From Planctomycetota bacterium (GTDB lineage: Bacteria > Planctomycetota > PUPC01 > DSUN01): 64,000 nucleotides of DNA. The DNA is taken from assembly GCA_041320515.1 (NCBI GenBank), contig JBGLNR010000001.1, positions 578,405 to 642,404 of the forward strand. Reading direction: 5' to 3'. The position numbers and the translations under genes are program-made. Position 1 is the stretch's first letter; every line of letters starts with the position of its first letter. Below, one piece after another: positions 26,248 to 37,010 of the stretch. Below the pieces are notes generated by a model. The model was not told where the DNA came from. It did no database searches and saw only the letters and a list, made by a program, of their open reading frames with translations.

Positions 26248-26437
26248 GAACCCCGGCCCCGGCTCCCATCACCGGCCCAGCCGTGAGTTCACCCGCAGGC
26301 TGCCGCTAATGGCTAATGAAGATCTGGCCCCAATGGCGCCTAGAAGCCGCCGAGGCGTTTGAGTTCCTGGGGCTGTTCCTTGGGCTCCTGCGGGGGCGTG
26401 GACTTGGCCATGGCAGTTCCTCCTCGGGGTTTGTAGT

Positions 26438-26490
26438 GCGGGCTTCAGCCCGTAGGGGATACGGCCTGAGGGCCGCACTACAAGCACCAT
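26438..26490. repeat. REP-like hairpin (GTAGTGCGGGCTTCAGCCCGTAGGGGATACGGCCTGAGGGCCGCACTAC)
   Basis: Compact form of the REP family: about a 23-bp stem with a 4-nt loop. Confidence 0.85.
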
Positions 26491-26632
26491 TATGCGCTGG
26501 GCGGGGCGAGAGTCAAGGGGGGAGCAAGATGCGGCGGGCGCTTTTGGGCTTGACATGGGGGAGCGGGCGCTTTAGCATAGGGGTGCCCCCGCAGGTCCCC
26601 CCATAGGCCCCAACCAAGGCCCCGGTTGCGCC

Positions 26633-27169
26633 ATGGACAGCGTGCAGGCCATCATGGGCTCGGGCGGACTCGTCGTGCTCGACGACACCGATTGCATGGT
26701 GGACATCGCGCACTACTTCCTGGAGTTCACGCAGAACCAGTCGTGCGGCCGCTGCACCTTCTGCCGCATCGGCACGAAGCGCATGCTCGACGTCCTGGAG
26801 CGCCTCACCCGTGGCGAGGGGAAAAAGGGCGACATCGAGGAACTCGAGCACCTGGCCGCGATGGTGAAGAAGGGCAGCCTGTGCGGCCTGGGCAAGACCG
26901 CGCCCAATCCAGTGCTGACCACCATCCGCTACTTCCGCGACGAGTACGAGGCCCACATCGCCGGCCGCTGCCCCGCCGGCCGCTGCAAGGCGCTCATCAA
27001 GTACGTCGTCACCGACGACTGCATCGGCTGCACCCTCTGCGCCCAGCACTGCCCCGTCGAGGCCATCGCCATGAAGCCCTATGAGAAGCACGAGATTGAC
27101 GCGGCCAAGTGCATCCGCTGCGGCACGTGCAAGGCCCTCTGCCCCGTGGCCGCGATCAAGGTGGAGTGA
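26633..27169 (+). CDS. NuoF/HndC C-terminal-like protein fragment (NADH_4Fe-4S region plus two [4Fe-4S] ferredoxin motifs) lacking the FMN/NAD-binding N-terminal two thirds
   Basis: '…GSGGLVVLDDTDCMVDIAHYFLEFTQNQSCGRCTFCRIGT' matches the 51-kDa-subunit region just before and including the 4Fe-4S motif. Two CxxCxxCxxxCP motifs follow. No upstream coding sequence for the N-terminal domains is present. Confidence 0.6.
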   Translation: MDSVQAIMGSGGLVVLDDTDCMVDIAHYFLEFTQNQSCGRCTFCRIGTKRMLDVLERLTRGEGKKGDIEELEHLAAMVKKGSLCGLGKTAPNPVLTTIRYFRDEYEAHIAGRCPAGRCKALIKYVVTDDCIGCTLCAQHCPVEAIAMKPYEKHEIDAAKCIRCGTCKALCPVAAIKVE

Positions 27170-27171
27170 AT

Positions 27172-27207
27172 GATCCGTCTGATCCGTCGGATCCGTCTGA
27201 TCTGTCC
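27172..27207. repeat. tandem 9-mer repeat (GATCCGTCT GATCCGTCG GATCCGTCT GATCTGTCC)
   Basis: Starts immediately after the stop of the NuoF-like ORF and lies 22 nt before the next ATG. Same family as 1376..1411. Confidence 0.8.
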
Positions 27208-27229
27208 CATTGGCTTCCAGGCTTAGGCC

Positions 27230-28915
27230 ATGCCCAAGCTGACGATTGACAACCGCCCGGTCGAGGTCCCCCCCGGCGCCACCGTGCTCGATGCCGCGCG
27301 CGCGCTCGGCATCGAGATCCCCACCCTCTGCCACCTCGACGGCTTCGAGCATTCCACCTCGTGCTTCGTCTGCGTCGTCAAGCTCAAGGGCAAACCCGGC
27401 CTCGTGCCCTCGTGCGCCACCGTCGCCACCGAGGGCATGGAGGTCGAGAGCGAGAGCGACGAGGTCCGCGACGCCCGGAAGATGGCCCTCGAGCTGCTCC
27501 TGAGCGACCACCTGGGCGACTGCATCGGCCCCTGCCACGCCGTGTGCCCCGCGCACATGAACATCCCGCTCATGATCCGCCAGATCGCCGCGGGCCGCCT
27601 CCGCGACGCGGTCGTCACGGTCAAGGAACACATCCCGCTGCCGTCGGTGCTCGGCCGCATCTGCCCGGCCCCGTGCGAGAAGGGCTGCCGCCGCGGCCAG
27701 CACGACGCGCCGCTCTCCATTTGCCTTCTGAAGCGGTTCGTCGGCGACGCCGACCTCGCCGCGCCCGAGCCGTGGTTGCCCGAACGCAAAGCCAGCACGG
27801 GCAAGCGCGTGGCCATCATCGGCGCTGGGCCGGCCGGCCTCTCCGCCGCCTGGTATCTGCTCCAGGACGGCCACGCGGTGACGCTCCACGATGACCACGA
27901 GAAGCCAGGCGGCATGCTCCAGTACGCCGTGCCGGAGGACAGGCTGCCGCGCGCCGCCCTCGACGCCGAGATCGCCCTCATCGCCCGCCTCGGGGCCGAG
28001 CTGCGCCTCGGCAAGCGGGTGGAGAGCGTCGCCGAGCTTCAGGGCGCCTTCGATGCCATTCTGGTCGCGGCGGGCGAGTTGCGGCCCGGCGACGCCGCCC
28101 GCCTCGGCCTGCCCGCCTCGAAGACTGGCGTCGAGGCCGACCGAGAGACCCTTGCCACGCCGATCGCCGGCGTCTTCGCCGCGGGCGGCGCCATCCGTTC
28201 CCAGAAGATGGCCGTCCGCTCCGTCGCCGAGGGCAAGTCCGCCGCCGCCTCGATTCATGCCTTTCTCTCCGCCTCTTGTCACGCGTCACGCGTCACGCGT
28301 CACGACTTCTCCATCCACATTGGGAAGTTGAGAGAAGGTGAGATGCCCGCCTTCCTCGCCGAGGCGAGCGCCGGCCCCCGCATCGAGCCTGCCGGCGGGG
28401 CGCCCGCCGGCTTCGCCGAGGCCGAGGCGCGCGAAGAGGCCCTCCGCTGCCTCCACTGCGACTGCCGCAAGCCCGGCGCGTGTCGCCTGCGCTGCTGGGC
28501 CGGCGCGCTCGACGCCAGCCCCAGCCGCTTCAAGGGCGAGCGCCGTTCCTTCGTCCAGCACCGGGCAGAGGCCAGAGGGCAGACGGCAGACGGCAGAGGG
28601 CAGAGGGCAGAGGGCAGTCCTGATGCCTTCGCGGCGTCGGCCGCGGCCGACGCTCTTCGTCTGCCATCTGTCATCTGCCATCTGCCGTCTGTGATCTACG
28701 AACCAGGCAAGTGCATCCGCTGCGGCCTGTGCATTCAGCTTTGCGCCAGGGCGAAGGAGGAGCTTGGCCTCACCTTTGTTGGCCGCGGCTTCGACGTCGT
28801 CGTGGGCGTGCCCTTCGAGCGCTCGCTCGCCGAGGGCCTGCGCAAAGTCGCTGCCGAGTGCGCCGCCGCCTGCCCCACCGGCGCCCTCGCCCTCCGCCAG
28901 GGCGAAGACCCCTGA
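27230..28915 (+). CDS. iron-sulfur flavoprotein oxidoreductase: N-terminal 2Fe-2S ferredoxin domain, GltD/NfnB-like FAD/NAD(P)-binding domain, C-terminal 4Fe-4S domain
   Basis: Plant-type 2Fe-2S motif (…CHLDGFEHSTSCFVCVV…SC…). 'CPAPCEKGC' 4Fe-4S. 'VAIIGAGPAGLSAAWYL' dinucleotide fold. C-terminal 'CIRCGLCIQLC'. A low-complexity insert is encoded by heptamer repeats. Confidence 0.8.
   Translation: MPKLTIDNRPVEVPPGATVLDAARALGIEIPTLCHLDGFEHSTSCFVCVVKLKGKPGLVPSCATVATEGMEVESESDEVRDARKMALELLLSDHLGDCIGPCHAVCPAHMNIPLMIRQIAAGRLRDAVVTVKEHIPLPSVLGRICPAPCEKGCRRGQHDAPLSICLLKRFVGDADLAAPEPWLPERKASTGKRVAIIGAGPAGLSAAWYLLQDGHAVTLHDDHEKPGGMLQYAVPEDRLPRAALDAEIALIARLGAELRLGKRVESVAELQGAFDAILVAAGELRPGDAARLGLPASKTGVEADRETLATPIAGVFAAGGAIRSQKMAVRSVAEGKSAAASIHAFLSASCHASRVTRHDFSIHIGKLREGEMPAFLAEASAGPRIEPAGGAPAGFAEAEAREEALRCLHCDCRKPGACRLRCWAGALDASPSRFKGERRSFVQHRAEARGQTADGRGQRAEGSPDAFAASAAADALRLPSVICHLPSVIYEPGKCIRCGLCIQLCARAKEELGLTFVGRGFDVVVGVPFERSLAEGLRKVAAECAAACPTGALALRQGEDP
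28573..28697. repeat. in-frame heptamer tandem repeats (CAGAGGG/CAGACGG x6) followed about 40 nt later by their inverted complement (CATCTGC/CCGTCTG x5)
   Basis: Read directly. Encodes 'RGQTADGRGQRAEG…LRLPSVICHLPSVI'. A (TCACGCG)x4 run lies in the same gene at 28277..28306. Confidence 0.8.
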
Positions 28916-29032
28916 AGCGAGTCTTTTGCGGGACCGGCTCTTGCATTTGCCCAGAGGCCACGCTACCATGAGGGCGCGCTGCGAAACAGACCCAGCGACC
29001 CGAACCATCGCGTTGCGTGGGGGCTCAACCCA

Positions 29033-29257
29033 ATGGCAGGCGAGTTCTCGATTTCGGACGTGCTGAAGTTGCCAGTCGGCGAGCGGATCCGACTCGTCGA
29101 GGACATTTGGGACAGCATTGCGTCCGTCCCCGAGGCCGTCCCGCTCACCGATGCCCAGCGTCGAGAACTCGACCGCCGCATCGAGGCGTACCACCGCGAC
29201 CCTCGGGCCGGCTCCCCCTGGCCCCAGGTCCGCAAGCGCATCAGGGCAGCCAGATGA
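29033..29257 (+). CDS. addiction-module antitoxin (TIGR02574-like)
   Basis: '…LKLPVGERIRLVEDIWDSI…LTDAQRRELDRRIEAYHRDP' fits the family pattern. Its stop overlaps the toxin start (ATGA). Confidence 0.75.
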   Translation: MAGEFSISDVLKLPVGERIRLVEDIWDSIASVPEAVPLTDAQRRELDRRIEAYHRDPRAGSPWPQVRKRIRAAR

Positions 29258-29568
29258 GTCGCAGGCTCATCATCCGCCCCGAGGCCGAAGCCGACCTGCG
29301 CGAAGCCTACACCTGGTACGAGCAGCAGAGACCGGGGCTGGGAGAAGAGCTGCTCCGCGCAGTGGACGACTGCCTTGCCGCCGTTCGCCGCTACCCGATG
29401 ATGCACCCCATCGTCCACAGGGAGGCCCGCCGAGCGCTTTCCCGCCGTTTCCCCTACGGCGTCTTCTATCTCCTTGGCCCCACAACCATCGCAGTCATCG
29501 CCGTTCTCCACTCGAGCAGAGACCCCGAACAATGGCGGGCCCGCCTTGATGGCCCAGCAGCCCAGTAG
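29254..29568 (+). CDS. RelE/ParE-family toxin
   Basis: 104 aa. 'IIRPEAEADLREAYTWY' at the N-terminus and a C-terminal 'R…FPYGVFY' segment match the RelE/ParE fold. Confidence 0.75.
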   Translation: MSRRLIIRPEAEADLREAYTWYEQQRPGLGEELLRAVDDCLAAVRRYPMMHPIVHREARRALSRRFPYGVFYLLGPTTIAVIAVLHSSRDPEQWRARLDGPAAQ

Positions 29569-29631
29569 GCGACGTAGCCTTGCAGTGAGCAAGTGAGCCT
29601 GTGGAAGTCGCATCCCCCCATGGCGGGGAAC

Positions 29632-30522
29632 TCAGCGGGGTGGAGGCTCCGCGGGAGTGCGCAGCGCCAACTCAATGGGCGGGGCGCTCAACTCCCCCTT
29701 CCAGGCATCAACGGGCGGGGCCTGCATGCCGACTGCTACCAGCAACACACCGTCACCTGCGTTCTGATAGGTCAGAGTCACCTGGTACTTGGCGGCGGGC
29801 GGGAATCTCCTATCCCCCTTCGTGTGGACGTAGTGCGATGCGACGTAGTGGAGTTGTCCCGGGGGCAACCGGTCGCAGTGGATGGCCTTGCATGGCTCTC
29901 CGCTCTTGAGGGGGAAGCTGAATTCCGTCCTATCGTCAAGCTTCACGCCTGCTGTAAGGATGTCCGCCCGGCAGTTCGCGCGGGGGAGGAACACGTCGCC
30001 CTTGGAGGAGTTCCTGACCACAAAGAGAAGGGTGAAGCCATCCGGGTCCTCGGGAGGGCTGAGGACGCCCGCCCATGCCTGGATGCCATTGACTTCGCCC
30101 GACCACTTCCTGTCCGCCAGGGCCTTCAGGATCCGCTGCACCACGGCCTTCTGGGTCTCCGGAAGGTGACCGTGGGGCCAGACCAACTGGCCGGCCGCAT
30201 CAATCAGCCAAATCCCGCGGTCGCCTGCGGAGAGCCGCTCATAACCGTAGGCTGTAGACCCGACCGTCTTGAGCGGCTTGCCCTTCAGCGTTTCCTCCAC
30301 GGATAGAGTCGTCCTTGTCCGGGGCTTGCCCTCCGGCTCCTCGGTCTTCTCCACTCGGGCAACCTGGCCCAGCACGACGCCGCTTGCCATGTCCAGGCGT
30401 ATCTCGAGTGGCTGCGGGGGCGGCACCGCGGCCGCCTGGCCAAGACCCAGGAGGACGAACAGCCCCAGATACAGCGTGGTCCGAACCAGCTTCCCGGAAC
30501 AGTATCCGCAGGGACTCACCAT
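29632..30522 (-). CDS. secreted hypothetical protein
   Basis: AAGGAGA Shine-Dalgarno. Signal peptide (…LYLGLFVLLGLGQAAA). Beta-rich composition. No family recognised. Confidence 0.6.
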   Translation of the reverse strand: MVSPCGYCSGKLVRTTLYLGLFVLLGLGQAAAVPPPQPLEIRLDMASGVVLGQVARVEKTEEPEGKPRTRTTLSVEETLKGKPLKTVGSTAYGYERLSAGDRGIWLIDAAGQLVWPHGHLPETQKAVVQRILKALADRKWSGEVNGIQAWAGVLSPPEDPDGFTLLFVVRNSSKGDVFLPRANCRADILTAGVKLDDRTEFSFPLKSGEPCKAIHCDRLPPGQLHYVASHYVHTKGDRRFPPAAKYQVTLTYQNAGDGVLLVAVGMQAPPVDAWKGELSAPPIELALRTPAEPPPR

Positions 30523-30736
30523 GGCTGCTCTCCTTGGTCTGCTGTGGCATTCGTGCCAGCAGCGGCTCTGTCCAGACCATACCTCCGGCGGGTCGGGAAT
30601 GCAAGCGCGGGGCCATCCCGATCCCAGGGGGGATGGGCGCGAAAATGGCCTTGTATTTTTTGCCCATTTTGGCTATCGTGTGCGGCAACCATTGCCGTGG
30701 GCATTCCGTGACAGCACTGGAGCAGAGGAGACTAGG

Positions 30737-31672
30737 GTGGACTGCAAGGCGTTCGTACTCAAGGAGGCCGAGGGAATCCGCCGCACGGTGGGCGAGGCGA
30801 CGGCCATCAGCGCGCTGTCGGGCGGGGTGGACAGCTCGGTGGTGACGGTGCTCGGCCACCTGGCCATCGGCAAGCAGATGACGGTCATCTTCATTGACGA
30901 CGGGCTGATGCGCCAGGACGAGCCGAAGCAGGTGAAGAGCATCTTCGCAAAGCTCGACATCAAGGTGAACGTGCTCGGCGCCCAGGAGCGCTTCTTCGAC
31001 GCCTTCAAGGGGCTCACCGATCCCGAGGAGAAGCGGAGGGCCTTCCGCGACACCTTCTACAAGGTGTTCGGCGACGCCGTGAAGGCATCGGGCGCACGCT
31101 TCCTGCTCCAAGGCACCATCGCGCCCGACATCATCGAGACGAAGAAGGGCGTGAAGACCCAGCACAACGTGCTGGCGCAGATCGGCATTGACCCCACGAG
31201 CGGCTACGGCTTCGGCGTGGTCGAGCCGATCAAGACGCTCTACAAGCCCGACGTGCGGCGCGTGGCCAGGTTCCTCGGCCTGCCGCCGGCCATTTCGCAG
31301 CGCATGCCCTTCCCCGGCCCCGGCCTGTCGGCGCGGTGCATGGGCGAGGTGACGCCCGAGCGCATCGCCATCGTGCGCAAGGCCTGTCTCATCGTCGAGC
31401 AGGAGATGGCGGGCAGCAAGGCATTCCAGGTGTTCGGCGTGCTCCTGGCCGACCGGCCGACGGGCATCACGAAGGACGGCCGCCGCCGCGAGGGCGACGC
31501 CGTGGCCATCCGTTGCGTGGACTCCGAGAAGGCCGTGCTGGCCACGCCGACCAAGGTGACGTGGGCCAAGCTCATGCGGATGCGCGACCGCATCCTCAAG
31601 GAAATCCCGACCGTGACCAAGGTGCTCTACGACTTGACCCCCAAGCCGCCGAGCACGATCGAGTACATCTAA
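30737..31672 (+). CDS. guaA: GMP synthase ATP-pyrophosphatase subunit (GuaA C-terminal domain only, no glutamine amidotransferase domain)
   Basis: GTG start preceded by GAGGAG at a 6-nt spacing. PP-loop 'SGGVDSSVV'. 'FLLQGTIAPDIIE…', and the C-terminal '…PPSTIEYI' resembles the GuaA C-terminus. No GATase sequence lies upstream. Confidence 0.75.
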   Translation: MDCKAFVLKEAEGIRRTVGEATAISALSGGVDSSVVTVLGHLAIGKQMTVIFIDDGLMRQDEPKQVKSIFAKLDIKVNVLGAQERFFDAFKGLTDPEEKRRAFRDTFYKVFGDAVKASGARFLLQGTIAPDIIETKKGVKTQHNVLAQIGIDPTSGYGFGVVEPIKTLYKPDVRRVARFLGLPPAISQRMPFPGPGLSARCMGEVTPERIAIVRKACLIVEQEMAGSKAFQVFGVLLADRPTGITKDGRRREGDAVAIRCVDSEKAVLATPTKVTWAKLMRMRDRILKEIPTVTKVLYDLTPKPPSTIEYI

Positions 31673-31678
31673 CCGCCG

Positions 31679-31715
31679 AACCTCCCGCAGGTTCCGTAAC
31701 CTGCGGGAGGTTAAG
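31679..31715 (+). terminator. perfect 15-bp stem hairpin (AACCTCCCGCAGGTT-ccgt-AACCTGCGGGAGGTT)
   Basis: Lies directly after the guaA-like stop. It is not followed by a T-run, so it may be a factor-dependent terminator or a processing site. Confidence 0.5.
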
Positions 31716-31726
31716 AGAGGGTGCTC

Positions 31727-32812
31727 ATGAGTTCAGACAAAGCAGTACTCCTGCTGGCAGACGGCACGGCGTTCGACGGGTTGGTCTTCGCCACGGCCGG
31801 CGAAGCCGTGGGCGAACTCGTGCTCTACACGGGCGTCGTCGGCTACCAGGAGGTGGTCACCAACCCCTCCTATCGCGGCGCCCTGGTCAACTTCACCTAC
31901 CCCATCATCGGCAGCTACGGCGTGAACGACGAGGACAACGAGTCGTCGGCCGTCCACGCCCGCGGCGTCGTCATCCGCGACTACAGCAGCATCGTGTCGA
32001 ACTTCCGCGCGACCGGCACGTTCGAGGACCTGTTGCGGAAGGCCGGCGTGGTCGGCATCCGCGAGATTGACACTCGCGCCGTGGCCGTGCACCTGCGCGA
32101 GCACGGCGAGATGTGCGCGATGATCGCCCCCGCCGACGCCGACCGCAAGGCGCTCGCCGAAAGACTCAAGTCCACGCCCTCACCCTTGGGCACCGATCTG
32201 GTGGCACAGGCCTCCGGCCTGTGGGGCACAGGCAAGATGCCTGTGCCACCGGCGGAGGCGAAGCATCGCGTCGCGGTCGTGGACCTGGGTGTCACCCGCA
32301 GCTTGCTCGCGCAACTGGCCCAGCTCGGCTGCGCGGTGGATGTTGTGGCCGCGACGGCGCCAGCGGCGGACATTCTGGCGGCCAAGCCCGACGGCGTGGT
32401 GCTGGCCGGCGGACCGGGCGACCCGCGGGTCCTCGGCTATGCCGTAGAAACCGTCCGCGCGCTCCTCGGCAAGCTCCCCATTCTGGGCATCGGCCTCGGG
32501 CACCAGGTCCTCGCCCTTGCTCTCGGCTGCAAGGTGCGGCGGATGAAGCTCGGCCACCGCGGCGTGAACTACCCCGTGCGCGACCTCCTGGCCAATCACT
32601 GCGACATCACCGTGCAGCACCACAGCTTCGTGGTGGACGAGGCGGCCGTGCCCGCCGCCGCCGAGGTCACCCACACGAACGTCAACGACCAGACCATCGA
32701 GGGCATCCGCGCCAAGGCCGCGCCCGCCGCGGGCGTGCAATTCCACCCGACGCCCGACGAGCACGGGCGACCGAGCAAGATTCTCGAGAGTTTCCTCGAA
32801 GGCCAGCGATAG
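31727..32812 (+). CDS. carA: carbamoyl-phosphate synthase small (glutaminase) subunit
   Basis: Collinear with CarA (…VGYQEVVTNPSYRGALVNFTYPIIGSYGVN…, class-I GATase C-terminal half). An alternative start lies 2 codons upstream. Confidence 0.9.
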   Translation: MSSDKAVLLLADGTAFDGLVFATAGEAVGELVLYTGVVGYQEVVTNPSYRGALVNFTYPIIGSYGVNDEDNESSAVHARGVVIRDYSSIVSNFRATGTFEDLLRKAGVVGIREIDTRAVAVHLREHGEMCAMIAPADADRKALAERLKSTPSPLGTDLVAQASGLWGTGKMPVPPAEAKHRVAVVDLGVTRSLLAQLAQLGCAVDVVAATAPAADILAAKPDGVVLAGGPGDPRVLGYAVETVRALLGKLPILGIGLGHQVLALALGCKVRRMKLGHRGVNYPVRDLLANHCDITVQHHSFVVDEAAVPAAAEVTHTNVNDQTIEGIRAKAAPAAGVQFHPTPDEHGRPSKILESFLEGQR

Positions 32813-32827
32813 CTGAGGGGACCCCAC

Positions 32828-36106
<3,279 letters not shown>

Positions 36107-36140
36107 CGCCTGGGCAAGACCGGTTCCGGCGCCCCAGTTT

Positions 36141-36300
36141 GGCGATTCTCGGCCATCCGGCTCAGAGTCGCGCGGGATTCTCCCTTTCCGGCGCACCCGT
36201 TTGCCCATTCTCCCCCTTCCGGCTCAGAGTCATAGGGGGTTCTTCGTTTCTCGACTCGCGGATCGGCGATTCTCCCCATTCCGGCTCAGTCTCATACAGA
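36141..36300. repeat. degenerate ~32-bp direct tandem array (unit ATTCTCCCC[A/T]TTCCGGCTCAGAGTCATA…), about 5 copies
   Basis: Read directly downstream of carB. Copies at about 36141, 36176, 36207, 36240 and 36269 diverge progressively. Shorter tandem repeats follow (cccagtcttc x2, actcggcag x3). Confidence 0.7.
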
Positions 36301-36914
36301 CTCTGCACATTCGGACGCTTTTCCGCGCGGCGGTGCCAGGCCGCAACTTACCCGTGCTCCACCAAAGCCCCGCCCCGCAGCCCCTACAGGCTGTGGCTGC
36401 CCGCGGACGCACCACAACCCGCTGAGTTTTCCCAGTCTTCCCAGTCTTCCCGGTTCTCGGTGAGGCCCCCTGCCCCCAGCAGGTTGTGGATGCCTCCAGG
36501 GCGAACCACAAATTGTTGACTCGGCAGACTCGGCAGAGTCGGCAGGTTCGTGCGCCCCCTGGGGTCAGGTCTTCAGTATCAGAACTCAGATCACGAATTG
36601 CGTGGAACGCCTGGAAAGTGCGATTCCGCAAGTCTATGCTGCATAAGAGCTTACGTTACCACTAACACCAGAAAAGGGGGCGGTCGTAGTTGCCAATCCC
36701 TCGCCCCACCGACGCGAGGTCGGTGGGGGCGGGGAAGTCCGGCGGGCCCGGGGTGGTTGCCCGCGTCCCCGGCTATCTGGTCCCCGCTGCCCTCTTCCTC
36801 CTGGCCTCAGCGAGTGGAGTGCCTGCCGCCTCGCGCGACCTTTCGTTGAGAAGGGACATGAAGCGCTCGCTCTGGCCCAGAGCGGCGGCCTCGCGGTCGA
36901 AGTCATCAGCCGGC

Positions 36915-36989
36915 GGGAGAGTTCGTAGTGCGAGCTTCAGCCCGTATTGGGAGCCCAGGATACGGCCTGAAGGCCGCACTACGAACTTA
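36915..36989. repeat. REP-like hairpin (GTAGTGCGAGCTTCAGCCCGTAT … ATACGGCCTGAAGGCCGCACTAC)
   Basis: Same family as 3292..3366. Lies just 3' of the stop of the giant gene on the minus strand. Confidence 0.85.
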
Positions 36990-37010
36990 CGCTTCATGGC
37001 TTTGCGCTCC

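Noticed and set aside
26316-26606. 96-aa ORF in the interval upstream of the NuoF-like fragment
   Set aside because: It spans the REP hairpin and has a Gly/Arg-rich junk translation.
36141-36300. Possible CRISPR array downstream of carB
   Set aside because: Repeats are degenerate rather than identical. The intervening segments are themselves repeat-like rather than unique spacers. There is no leader and no cas genes. Scored as a decaying tandem repeat instead.
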